A stretch of DNA of 39,102 nucleotides from the NCBI GenBank assembly GCA_964609495.1, contig CAZSTA010000008.1, forward strand, positions 1 through 39,102, written 5' to 3'. The notes under the pieces were generated by a model. That model saw only the letters and a list, made by a program, of their open reading frames with translations. It was not told where the DNA came from and searched no databases. Made by a program: the position numbers and the translations under genes. Positions 18,159-25,590 of the stretch are shown in pieces (positions within the stretch are counted from its first letter, which is position 1; the number at the start of each line of letters is the position of its first letter). This DNA comes from an uncultured bacterium. Its GTDB lineage: Bacteria > CAZSTA01.

Positions 18159-19823
18159 ATGGGTAATATTATCTATGAGACCACCCTGAGAGAGATGGCC
18201 AATGTTGTGCCTCGTAGGGCCGCGGCGACTCTCCTAGAGGAAGGAGTGGATGGCATATCCACCAGTCCTGACGAAGTTCGTTATAGTCAGATGGTCGAGA
18301 TCCTTAAGGGCTATATTTATAAGAGAATGCAAGTCCTTATGCCTCCCTCGTCGGCTAAAAAGTCCATCCAGATGGTATTGGATAAGATAAAAAGTCTCGA
18401 GAAACTTCCCTCTATTGAAATAGGAGGGGTAGAGGAGAAGATTCCTCCTATCGAGGAAGAAGGAGAGCCTTCGTCTATCGAAACTACTGAGGAAGAGAGG
18501 ACGATTATCCAGGCAAGAGAATCTATAACTCCGCAACCCGAGACTCCCGAGTCGGAAGGAGGATTCGGCGGATTCAAATTAGGAGATTTGGGGGAAGATG
18601 CCCTAGCCAAACAGCTTGAGGCGGAGGGATATAACCCCGGGGAAATAGAGGCTATGCTTGGGGGACAGCAACCGACGGAGCCGCCTCCTGCTCAGGTAGG
18701 AGGTAGAGATGAGATAGACGAGGCTTTCGCGGGTATTATGTTAGGTGAGGAAGAGGAGGATGAAGAGTGGCAGATAGCCTCTGCTGAAGAAGGAGAGGAA
18801 GCTTTAGTGGGCGCCTCTGATACCGGCGATGAGGACCTCAGTGATATCCTGACTTCTATAGAGGAGACTCCTCTCCAAAGTATGCGAGATGTGGAGGAGA
18901 TTGAGACCATATCTCCTGACGAATTGCGAGCTGAAGGGGAGATCTTTGCCAAGTTAAAAATGAGGGTAGGGCGTCAAGTGAGCAAAGTAGGTGAAGATGA
19001 GAGGTTCATAGGGGATTTGAAGAAATTGATATCCAGTATATCAGCAAAACATAATATTGGATATAGTGCTGAAGAGGAACTCAATAAAGCTGGGGAATTA
19101 ATGGAGAGATGGGAGAAAGAAATACGAGAGGCGGAAGAGGAGAGAATCCCTGCTCCTACTGAGGCGGAAGAGCCTGCAGTCGCGATTACCGAGGAGAGGG
19201 CGGAACAAGGGAAGAGGCTCGAAAAGTTAGAGGAGACTTTCTCTAGTTATCAAGACGAGCCCTTGAGTGAGATCAACGAGTTCTCGATGTTGCTGGAAAT
19301 AGTCAAACAGAGATATTCTGCCGGGGAGGATATCACAAGTGCTTTAAACACTCTGGAGGAGTCTCTAGAGAAGATCAGAGATAAGGTCAAAGCCGGGGAA
19401 GAGGTTCCCCTTGAAAAAATAGGAGGGGTAGAGGAGAGGATCCCTCCTCCTATTGAGAAAGAGATCCCTGAGACTGCCCCCGTGGATGCCACAGCTCTGC
19501 TCGACTATATAGCCTCTTGGGAGAATGTTCAGAAAGTCGCATTAGTAAGCCACCAGGGCGATATAGAGAAGGAAAGCTTCTCTCCCTTCCAGATCGATCT
19601 TACGGCTTTAGTGCCTCCTGCGGAGAGGCTTGTTACTTTCCTTAAAAGCAAAGCTAAGAGAGATTGGCGCGCTCTAAACCAAGCCACTTTGATCTTCGAG
19701 GAGGGGGATATCTTCCTAGTTCCCACCTCCGATGAAAACTTCCTGCTCTTAATAACTTCTGCTGAATTCAACATAGGGAAAGCTATGATTAAGATAAGAA
19801 GATGGCTATCTGCAAGGTGTTAG
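18159..19823 (+). CDS. Acidic cytoplasmic protein with a C-terminal roadblock/LC7 (MglB-like) domain
   Basis: C-terminal ~115 aa (NVQKVALVSHQGDI...ATLIFEEGDIFLVP...FLLLITSAEFNIGKAMIKIR) follow the roadblock pattern; long Glu-rich linker; helical N-terminal domain. Confidence 0.7.
   Translation: MGNIIYETTLREMANVVPRRAAATLLEEGVDGISTSPDEVRYSQMVEILKGYIYKRMQVLMPPSSAKKSIQMVLDKIKSLEKLPSIEIGGVEEKIPPIEEEGEPSSIETTEEERTIIQARESITPQPETPESEGGFGGFKLGDLGEDALAKQLEAEGYNPGEIEAMLGGQQPTEPPPAQVGGRDEIDEAFAGIMLGEEEEDEEWQIASAEEGEEALVGASDTGDEDLSDILTSIEETPLQSMRDVEEIETISPDELRAEGEIFAKLKMRVGRQVSKVGEDERFIGDLKKLISSISAKHNIGYSAEEELNKAGELMERWEKEIREAEEERIPAPTEAEEPAVAITEERAEQGKRLEKLEETFSSYQDEPLSEINEFSMLLEIVKQRYSAGEDITSALNTLEESLEKIRDKVKAGEEVPLEKIGGVEERIPPPIEKEIPETAPVDATALLDYIASWENVQKVALVSHQGDIEKESFSPFQIDLTALVPPAERLVTFLKSKAKRDWRALNQATLIFEEGDIFLVPTSDENFLLLITSAEFNIGKAMIKIRRWLSARC
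18420..18449 (+). repeat. 33-bp palindromic element, in-frame copy inside a CDS (30 bp, IGGVEEKIPP)
   Basis: ATAGGAGGGGTAGAGGAGAAGATTCCTCCT at offset 261 from the ATG at 18159. Confidence 0.82.
19419..19451 (+). repeat. 33-bp palindromic element, in-frame copy inside a CDS (IGGVEERIPPP)
   Basis: ATAGGAGGGGTAGAGGAGAGGATCCCTCCTCCT at offset 1260 from the ATG at 18159. Confidence 0.85.
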
Positions 19824-19844
19824 GTAATAACTCCTATTCAAAAA

Positions 19845-19877
19845 ATAGGAGGGGTAGAGGGGAGGACCCCTCCCCCT
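19845..19877 (+). repeat. 33-bp palindromic element, intergenic copy
   Basis: ATAGGAGGGGTAGAGGGGAGGACCCCTCCCCCT; preceded by CTCCTATT (19831-19838), which can pair with its 5' end. Confidence 0.85.
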
Positions 19878-19899
19878 AAGGAAAGGAGAACGACTTATA

Positions 19900-21411
19900 A
19901 TGCTTAGACCGAAGGTATATCTTAGCTTGAGTTTAGGTATCATCCTCCTGACTTTGGTATATTCAGTCGAGGCGGCGGATCTAGCGGACACGGTCAAAGA
20001 ATTAAAGGGACATCTACAGGCCTCGATCTCAGCTCTGGATAAGGGTGAGACGGATAATGCTTTAGGAAACATCGATAAGGCTCAACAAGTTTATCAAAGC
20101 CAGTTACTCAATTTCGTAAACCGATATACTGAAGGCGTAAATGAGGCAATTTTAAATTATTTTCAGATGTCAAAGGATTTCATCAAAGAGGGGCGAAGAG
20201 TGTCCCTATCTGCCGAGATCGAAAAAATTGAGGGATCCTTACTATTAACCTTTCATCGAGCTTTCTTTGCCTCTCTACAAGGAGAGGATAAGAGCGAGGC
20301 TAATACCTACTTCGCTCTTCTGGTAGATAGGATAAAGGATTATCCCGAGGCGATTAATGGTATTAGAGAGGAGTTGAGGGCTCCTGCTCCCTATGTGGAT
20401 AAGATAAGAGCTCTTCTAAATGGCGCTTTAGCCTCTGAGTCCGAGACAGCTTTGAGGGATTCTCTGGAGTTACTGGCTCAGGATAGGGGGAGAGCTTATT
20501 TAAAGGCAGTAACCTCTATGTACCTTTATTGGATCATAAAGGATGATATTAAGGTTATGATGGGAACTAGTCAGGAGAAGCCGCTATCATCCTTCATTAA
20601 AGCAATCGTAGCCTCGGATAAGGAACAAGCGGATTCTCTGGCCAATTCTATAATCCAAGGTTTCGCTCGATATAAGGGAGAGGCCGCTAGGGCTGCCCAA
20701 CTTGAACCACCGCCTGCTACCTCGACTGGAACTGAGCTAACATCAGCTCAGTTGGAGGAATTAGCCGCCAAAGAAGAAGAGCTAGCTCAAGTTAGACAGC
20801 AAATAAATAGCTTTAGGGCGACTAATCTTGAATTAACTCAGGATATCCAGCAGTTGAGAAAAGATAATCAGGAATTGAGGGAGGAGAATGAGCAACTAAC
20901 CAAATCTACTTCTGCAGGGGCTTCGTTCTTCTGGCCTATTGACGAATCTATAGGTAGTTTATGGGCCCAATATAAGGGGTATATCTTCATATTATTGGCT
21001 ATAATTTTGATCTTATTGCCCCTTAGATATTCCACCTTAGCTTTTGGTGGCACCAATCCCAATCCAGCTTGGCAGAAGGTAGGGCAGTTCATCTTACTTC
21101 TGACTCTGCCGATCTTTATGTTAGGGATAGCATATCTCATTTCAGGTTTGCTACAAGTTGTAGGGACGTTTGTTCCCTCCCTAAAGGATTTTCAGCAAAT
21201 CCCTCTTTCTATATTCGATGTTTTCAGGGGAACTGTTGCCCAGATCCTATGGGTTATAGGGGTTTTAGCCGCGGTCTTTGTCGGAACTGCTGGACTTAGA
21301 GATATCTGTGCCCAATTTGGCTTATCTCCAGCGAGAGGCGCCGTCGCTACAGTGTCGGATGTTGCGGCTGAGTGGGAAGAAGAGGAAGAAGAGGAATGGG
21401 ATATAGAGTGA
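19900..21411 (+). CDS. Hypothetical membrane protein: signal peptide, helical exported domain, coiled coil, ~3 C-terminal TM helices, acidic tail
   Basis: Signal ending VEA-A; heptads LAQVRQQINSFRATNLELTQDIQQLRKDNQELREENEQL; three hydrophobic segments; tail EEEEEEWDIE; RBS AAGGAG. Confidence 0.78.
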   Translation: MLRPKVYLSLSLGIILLTLVYSVEAADLADTVKELKGHLQASISALDKGETDNALGNIDKAQQVYQSQLLNFVNRYTEGVNEAILNYFQMSKDFIKEGRRVSLSAEIEKIEGSLLLTFHRAFFASLQGEDKSEANTYFALLVDRIKDYPEAINGIREELRAPAPYVDKIRALLNGALASESETALRDSLELLAQDRGRAYLKAVTSMYLYWIIKDDIKVMMGTSQEKPLSSFIKAIVASDKEQADSLANSIIQGFARYKGEAARAAQLEPPPATSTGTELTSAQLEELAAKEEELAQVRQQINSFRATNLELTQDIQQLRKDNQELREENEQLTKSTSAGASFFWPIDESIGSLWAQYKGYIFILLAIILILLPLRYSTLAFGGTNPNPAWQKVGQFILLLTLPIFMLGIAYLISGLLQVVGTFVPSLKDFQQIPLSIFDVFRGTVAQILWVIGVLAAVFVGTAGLRDICAQFGLSPARGAVATVSDVAAEWEEEEEEEWDIE

Positions 21412-21464
21412 TAAAAGGGAACTTTTGCAGGCAATAGGACTCAAGGTAAAAAAGTTCCCTTTTT
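21412..21464. terminator. Long stem-loop (15-bp perfect inverted repeat, 23-nt loop); possible terminator or processing site
   Basis: TAAAAGGGAACTTTT (21412-21426) and AAAAGTTCCCTTTTA (21450-21464), directly after the stop codon. Confidence 0.55.
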
Positions 21465-21486
21465 AGAGGAGGCAAGTTAGGACATT

Positions 21487-22035
21487 GTGGAAATAGAATA
21501 TAGGAGGGGTGGAGGGGAGGATTCCTCCCCCTATAGCGAGGTTGAAAAAGAGATATGTTTAGAAGAGTTAATTATCGCTCCGATGCGGATATCCGATTTA
21601 GGTGAGTGTATGATCATCGAGAGAGCTTCTTTTTCTACTCCCTGGCCTCGCTTTTTCTTTATAGGGCAACTTTTAATTGGAAGATCTTGTTATCTAGTTG
21701 CCAGATTATCCGGTAGGATCGTTGGATATATTGGAGGGACGTTCGGTAGGAATGGGGGCCACATCGCTAATCTTGCGGTCCATCCCTCCTTCAGGAGAAG
21801 AGGTATAGGAGAGAGGTTACTACTTGCTATGTTCTCCGAAGCTATATCTCGTTCGGCTCGTCGTCTCACCTTGGAGGTGAGACGAACAAATTTGATCGCT
21901 CAAGAGCTATATGAGAAATATGGTTTTCGGAAGATCGATGTATATAAGGGCTACTATCATGATACGGGAGAGGATGCGTTCTTAATGATGGTAGATTTGA
22001 CCCACTATAAGAAGGCTGAAGAATTAAAGTCATAG
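21487..22035 (+). CDS. rimI: Ribosomal protein alanine N-acetyltransferase (GNAT)
   Basis: IERASFSTPW, HIANLAVHPSFRRRGIG, LTLEVRRTN, LYEKYGF, YYHDTGEDA. The start codon is uncertain. Confidence 0.88.
   Translation: MEIEYRRGGGEDSSPYSEVEKEICLEELIIAPMRISDLGECMIIERASFSTPWPRFFFIGQLLIGRSCYLVARLSGRIVGYIGGTFGRNGGHIANLAVHPSFRRRGIGERLLLAMFSEAISRSARRLTLEVRRTNLIAQELYEKYGFRKIDVYKGYYHDTGEDAFLMMVDLTHYKKAEELKS
21500..21532 (+). repeat. 33-bp palindromic element within the predicted rimI N-terminal extension (read as YRRGGGEDSSPY)
   Basis: ATAGGAGGGGTGGAGGGGAGGATTCCTCCCCCT followed by ATAG, a direct repeat of its first four bases. Confidence 0.85.
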
Positions 22036-22039
22036 GGAG

Positions 22040-24223
22040 ATGATCCTGTTGAAAAGAGCCAAAAGGATATACTTATCGATCTTGATCTTATCTATAATAC
22101 TAGTAAGTTTATCTCCTGCCAGGGCTCAGGAGGAGAAGCTGGAGATCTTCAAATCTGCCCAGATGCTCATCGAAGAAGAGGATTACGAGGTCGCGATCGC
22201 TAAACTCTTAGCATATATCGATACCGAGCCGGGGGAGGCTAATAAAGCCAAGGCCTTCTACTGGATAGGGCAAGCCTATGAGGGATTAGGAAGATGGACT
22301 CAGGCAGTAGGTGCTTATGAGAGAGCGTTACGGATGAGTAGAAGGGTTGTTGAGTCGGTATATGCCAAGGATAGAATAAGCTATATTAAGGGCAATTACC
22401 CGATCGATTATGGACCCCTCTTCGTCCTCTCCACTCCGAAGAGGGCGGATGTTTTCATAGGTGGGGAGGAGAGGGGAAAGACACCGCTCTTCCTCTTTCA
22501 ATCCGATGAACTCATCGTTGGAGAACATCTGCTTGAGGTGGTTATGAATGGCTATGAAGGGTGGAGTGATATTATAAACACCAAAATCGAAGAGACGGTG
22601 ATTATAGAGGTTGAGCTAAAACCTCTATGGGCTACTTTCTATTCCGTTCCTGAATCTGCCACGCTGTTCATAGATGGAAGGTTGTTAGGAATAACTCCGG
22701 TGATGGTCTCATTAGCTGATGAATCCTGGTGGGGGACTCACGAATTGAGGATAGCGAAGGAAGGGTATAGAGACTGGAGGAGCGAGGTAACCCTCACCGG
22801 AGAAACCTCTGTTGAGATCACAGGCGAATTGGAGTTAATACCTATAGTCTATGTGAGATCTATCCCCTCTCCTGCCCAATTATACCTCGATGGAAAGTTA
22901 TTAGGAGAGACCCCTCTTTCTCTCGCCCTAGTTGATAAGTCCTTGGAGGGAGTTCACCATTTGAAAGTGGTTAAAGAAGGTTATGAGGAATGGGAGGAGG
23001 AGGTAGTATTAGGGGAGGAACACGAATTATCCCTACAAGTCAAATTGAGAAAGGTCTTCGAACTCTCCGAGGTAGGTATAGAAAATTTCCTGCCTCCTGA
23101 GGGAAGGATCGATCGAGTGTTGATGGCTGATACAGATGATGATCGAACTGACGAGGTCATCATCGCTTATAGGACCAGAGATGCTGATGGGGAGTATCGG
23201 GATGGTCGCCTGATGATTATAGGTTGGAGCCATCAGAAACAAGAATTCGTTGAAAAGTGGCAGAGCATCGAATCCTTGGGAGATTACACCTTGGCGATGT
23301 TGGAGATAGGGGACATCAATGGAGATGGAAAGAATGATATTATAACTGGCACTAGTCCCTTGTTAAAGGTCCCGAAGATGTTCGTTTACACTTGGAATCC
23401 CCCATCCTATTATCTGCTGGAGAAGATAACTGAGGACCCATTCGCAACCCAGAGAGTATCTCCTAAACTTACCGCGGACATAGCGGATAAAGTGATCTCA
23501 GAAGATAGCGGTTTTGTGGTTTTGTATGTAAGAGTTGAGAATAAGGATACTAAGGAAGCCAGAAACGTGAAGCTCACTTTGGGGATATATGATGAGAATG
23601 GTGAGTTAATAAAGCAGATTCCTCGCTATATAGAGACGGTTAAGGGCAAGACAGGAGAAGAAAGAGCCTCCTCTCAGATTAAGATTGTAGTTCCTAATTA
23701 TCCCCATGCGGAATATAAAGTCGATAAGTTAGATTATGTGATGCAAGAGGAAAAAATTGACTTTATGGAAGCTAAGTATAAGTTAGATGAGAGAAGAAAT
23801 AGATTACTGGGGAGTTTAAATGGCAAATTGGAGGTGGCTAGAGAATCGTCTCAACCTGAGGAAAAAGTTGAGGTTGAATTGACCGGGGAGGAGAGAAAGG
23901 AAGCTTTGCTAACGGGGTTAGATCGAGTAAACGAGATGATAAGTCTCTGGCAGGAGGTCGAACTCGAGATAGACAATTTAGTTGACCTCTACGAAGATTA
24001 TATGGATCTGAGGAGCGATCTCCAATATGTCATTAACAAGGGGAAAACGCTTCCGGCTTTAGATGCTTATAATATGGATACCTACTCCGAGATAATAGGG
24101 GATTTGATGCGAGCGGAGATTAAGGCGCGTCGGGAGATAGAGGCTCATAGGGATGCTTTGGAGTTTCTGCGTCATGATCTAAGACAGGAATTGAAAGCGA
24201 TGGGGGTGTTAGGGGAGGATTAA
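22040..24223 (+). CDS. Exported multidomain protein: TPR, three PEGA domains, FG-GAP motifs, FxLYD-like beta domain, helical C-terminus
   Basis: Signal ending ARA-Q; AFYWIGQAY TPR; three SxPxxAxxxIDG...GxTP...HxLxxxKEGY units; GDINGDGKNDII; VRVENK...IYDENGELI. Confidence 0.82.
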   Translation: MILLKRAKRIYLSILILSIILVSLSPARAQEEKLEIFKSAQMLIEEEDYEVAIAKLLAYIDTEPGEANKAKAFYWIGQAYEGLGRWTQAVGAYERALRMSRRVVESVYAKDRISYIKGNYPIDYGPLFVLSTPKRADVFIGGEERGKTPLFLFQSDELIVGEHLLEVVMNGYEGWSDIINTKIEETVIIEVELKPLWATFYSVPESATLFIDGRLLGITPVMVSLADESWWGTHELRIAKEGYRDWRSEVTLTGETSVEITGELELIPIVYVRSIPSPAQLYLDGKLLGETPLSLALVDKSLEGVHHLKVVKEGYEEWEEEVVLGEEHELSLQVKLRKVFELSEVGIENFLPPEGRIDRVLMADTDDDRTDEVIIAYRTRDADGEYRDGRLMIIGWSHQKQEFVEKWQSIESLGDYTLAMLEIGDINGDGKNDIITGTSPLLKVPKMFVYTWNPPSYYLLEKITEDPFATQRVSPKLTADIADKVISEDSGFVVLYVRVENKDTKEARNVKLTLGIYDENGELIKQIPRYIETVKGKTGEERASSQIKIVVPNYPHAEYKVDKLDYVMQEEKIDFMEAKYKLDERRNRLLGSLNGKLEVARESSQPEEKVEVELTGEERKEALLTGLDRVNEMISLWQEVELEIDNLVDLYEDYMDLRSDLQYVINKGKTLPALDAYNMDTYSEIIGDLMRAEIKARREIEAHRDALEFLRHDLRQELKAMGVLGED

Positions 24224-24264
24224 TCTGTATTATAACTTTAATTATTTGACAGGAGGCGATAAAA

Positions 24265-24762
24265 GTGGGAACGAAAGGAAGAGAAATAGTTGGTATGGAT
24301 GTGAGCAAACTCATAGAGTTGCTCAACAAGGCGTTTGCAGATGAGTGGCTGGCCTATTATCAGTACTGGGTAGGGGCAAAGGTAGCCAAAGGTCCTATGC
24401 GAGGAGCAGTAGTTGCCGAGCTTGAAGAGCATGCCGGAGACGAGCTTGAACATGCGGGAATGCTTACGGAGAGGATAATACAGCTTGGCGGCACACCTAT
24501 CCTTAAGCCAGAGGATTGGTATAAAATGACCAACTGCGGATACGATGCTCCAGAAGACCCTTCTGTAGAAGCTGTATTGGAGCAGAATATAAAAGGCGAG
24601 CAGTGTGCAATTGATATGTATAACCGTCTGCTTGAGACCGTCAAGGATAAAGATCCAGTTACCTACAATATGGTATTGGAGATCCTTGAAGATGAGGTGG
24701 AGCACGAAGAAGACCTTCAGGCTATCTTAGAAGACATGAAATTGATGAGAGGAGGTAGATAA
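24265..24762 (+). CDS. Dps-like (DPSL) ferritin-superfamily protein
   Basis: LNKAFADEWLAYYQYW, ExxH pairs (DELEH, DEVEH), ERIIQLGG, two Cys (TNCG, EQCA); RBS AGGAGG at 24251; GTG start. Confidence 0.9.
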   Translation: MGTKGREIVGMDVSKLIELLNKAFADEWLAYYQYWVGAKVAKGPMRGAVVAELEEHAGDELEHAGMLTERIIQLGGTPILKPEDWYKMTNCGYDAPEDPSVEAVLEQNIKGEQCAIDMYNRLLETVKDKDPVTYNMVLEILEDEVEHEEDLQAILEDMKLMRGGR

Positions 24763-24763
24763 A

Positions 24764-25351
24764 ATGTTAGTAGTAGATAAACCAGCACCAGACTTCGAAG
24801 GAACTGCCTATTTTGAAGGCAAGGTGACAAAAGTAAAACTATCCGATCACCGAGGCAAATGGGTATTGGTTTGCTTTTATCCAGGGGATTTTACCTACGT
24901 GTGTGCAACAGAAGTTGCTGGGATAATTAGGAATTATGAAAATCTAAAGCAGTTTGGGGGAGTGGGTATTGCCATCAGTGCAGATTCCGTTCATTCCCAT
25001 AAAGTTTGGGCAGAGACAAGTCCGGCCATAACTGCTGCTTTAAAGGAAACGGGGAAGAAGTTTCCTCCAATGCCTATGGTAGCCGACCCGACCTTCGAAA
25101 TCGGCGGAAAGTATGGAGTTGTAGATGAAGATCAAGGCATTGAGACCAGAGGAAGGTTCATCGTTGATCCTGACGGCATTCTTCGAGGTTACGAAGTGTT
25201 AAATGCTACTGTTGGTAGAAACTTGGAGGAAACCTTTAGGCAACTTCAGGCTTTTAAGTTTGTTCGAGAGACAGGCAAAGTTACTCCAGCTGGTTGGAAA
25301 CCCGGTGAGGAAGGGATAGAACCTACCATTGAAAATGCAGGAAAGATTTAG
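24764..25351 (+). CDS. Peroxiredoxin (AhpC/TSA family, PrxU-like, Cys at the active site, no resolving Cys)
   Basis: FYPGDFTYVCATE, RGRFIVDPDG, VGRNLEET, and VTPAGWKPG where AhpC has VCPAGW. Confidence 0.9.
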   Translation: MLVVDKPAPDFEGTAYFEGKVTKVKLSDHRGKWVLVCFYPGDFTYVCATEVAGIIRNYENLKQFGGVGIAISADSVHSHKVWAETSPAITAALKETGKKFPPMPMVADPTFEIGGKYGVVDEDQGIETRGRFIVDPDGILRGYEVLNATVGRNLEETFRQLQAFKFVRETGKVTPAGWKPGEEGIEPTIENAGKI

Positions 25352-25437
25352 TTGAATTCTTAATAATTACCGAAGCTAAAGCCTAATTTTTGCCATAGCT
25401 GAACGGCATTTGTTTACATTGTTAGTAGCTTGTAGAA

Positions 25438-25471
25438 GCCATAAGTCGGCCTGACTTATGGCAAATTTTTT
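25438..25471 (+). terminator. Intrinsic terminator-like hairpin after DPSL-peroxiredoxin
   Basis: GCCATAAGTC-GGCCT-GACTTATGGC, a 10-bp perfect stem followed by AAATTTTTT. Confidence 0.6.
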
Positions 25472-25590
25472 GGGATTCTCTCATTTAGATATAAAAATGA
25501 TATTAGCAGTGATCCGATTAGTAATGACTATAATATTTTCAGAGATCTAATATCGGAGATCTTATGACAGAGGAGGAGTTCGATAGATAG

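Noticed and set aside
24200-24223. ATGGGGGTGTTAGGGGAGGATTAA resembling the 5' half of the 33-bp element
   Set aside because: Lacks the C-rich arm; explained by ordinary codons (MGVLGED*).
24238-24705. 155-aa minus-strand ORF over DPSL, and other nested ORFs such as 15543-16037 and 28739-29170
   Set aside because: They overlap well-supported genes on the opposite strand and show no recognisable motifs.
24905-24918. Small hairpin GCAAC-AGAA-GTTGC after the peroxiredoxin Cys codon as a SECIS relic
   Set aside because: Only 5 bp, directly adjacent to the codon, and the codon is TGT; expected by chance.
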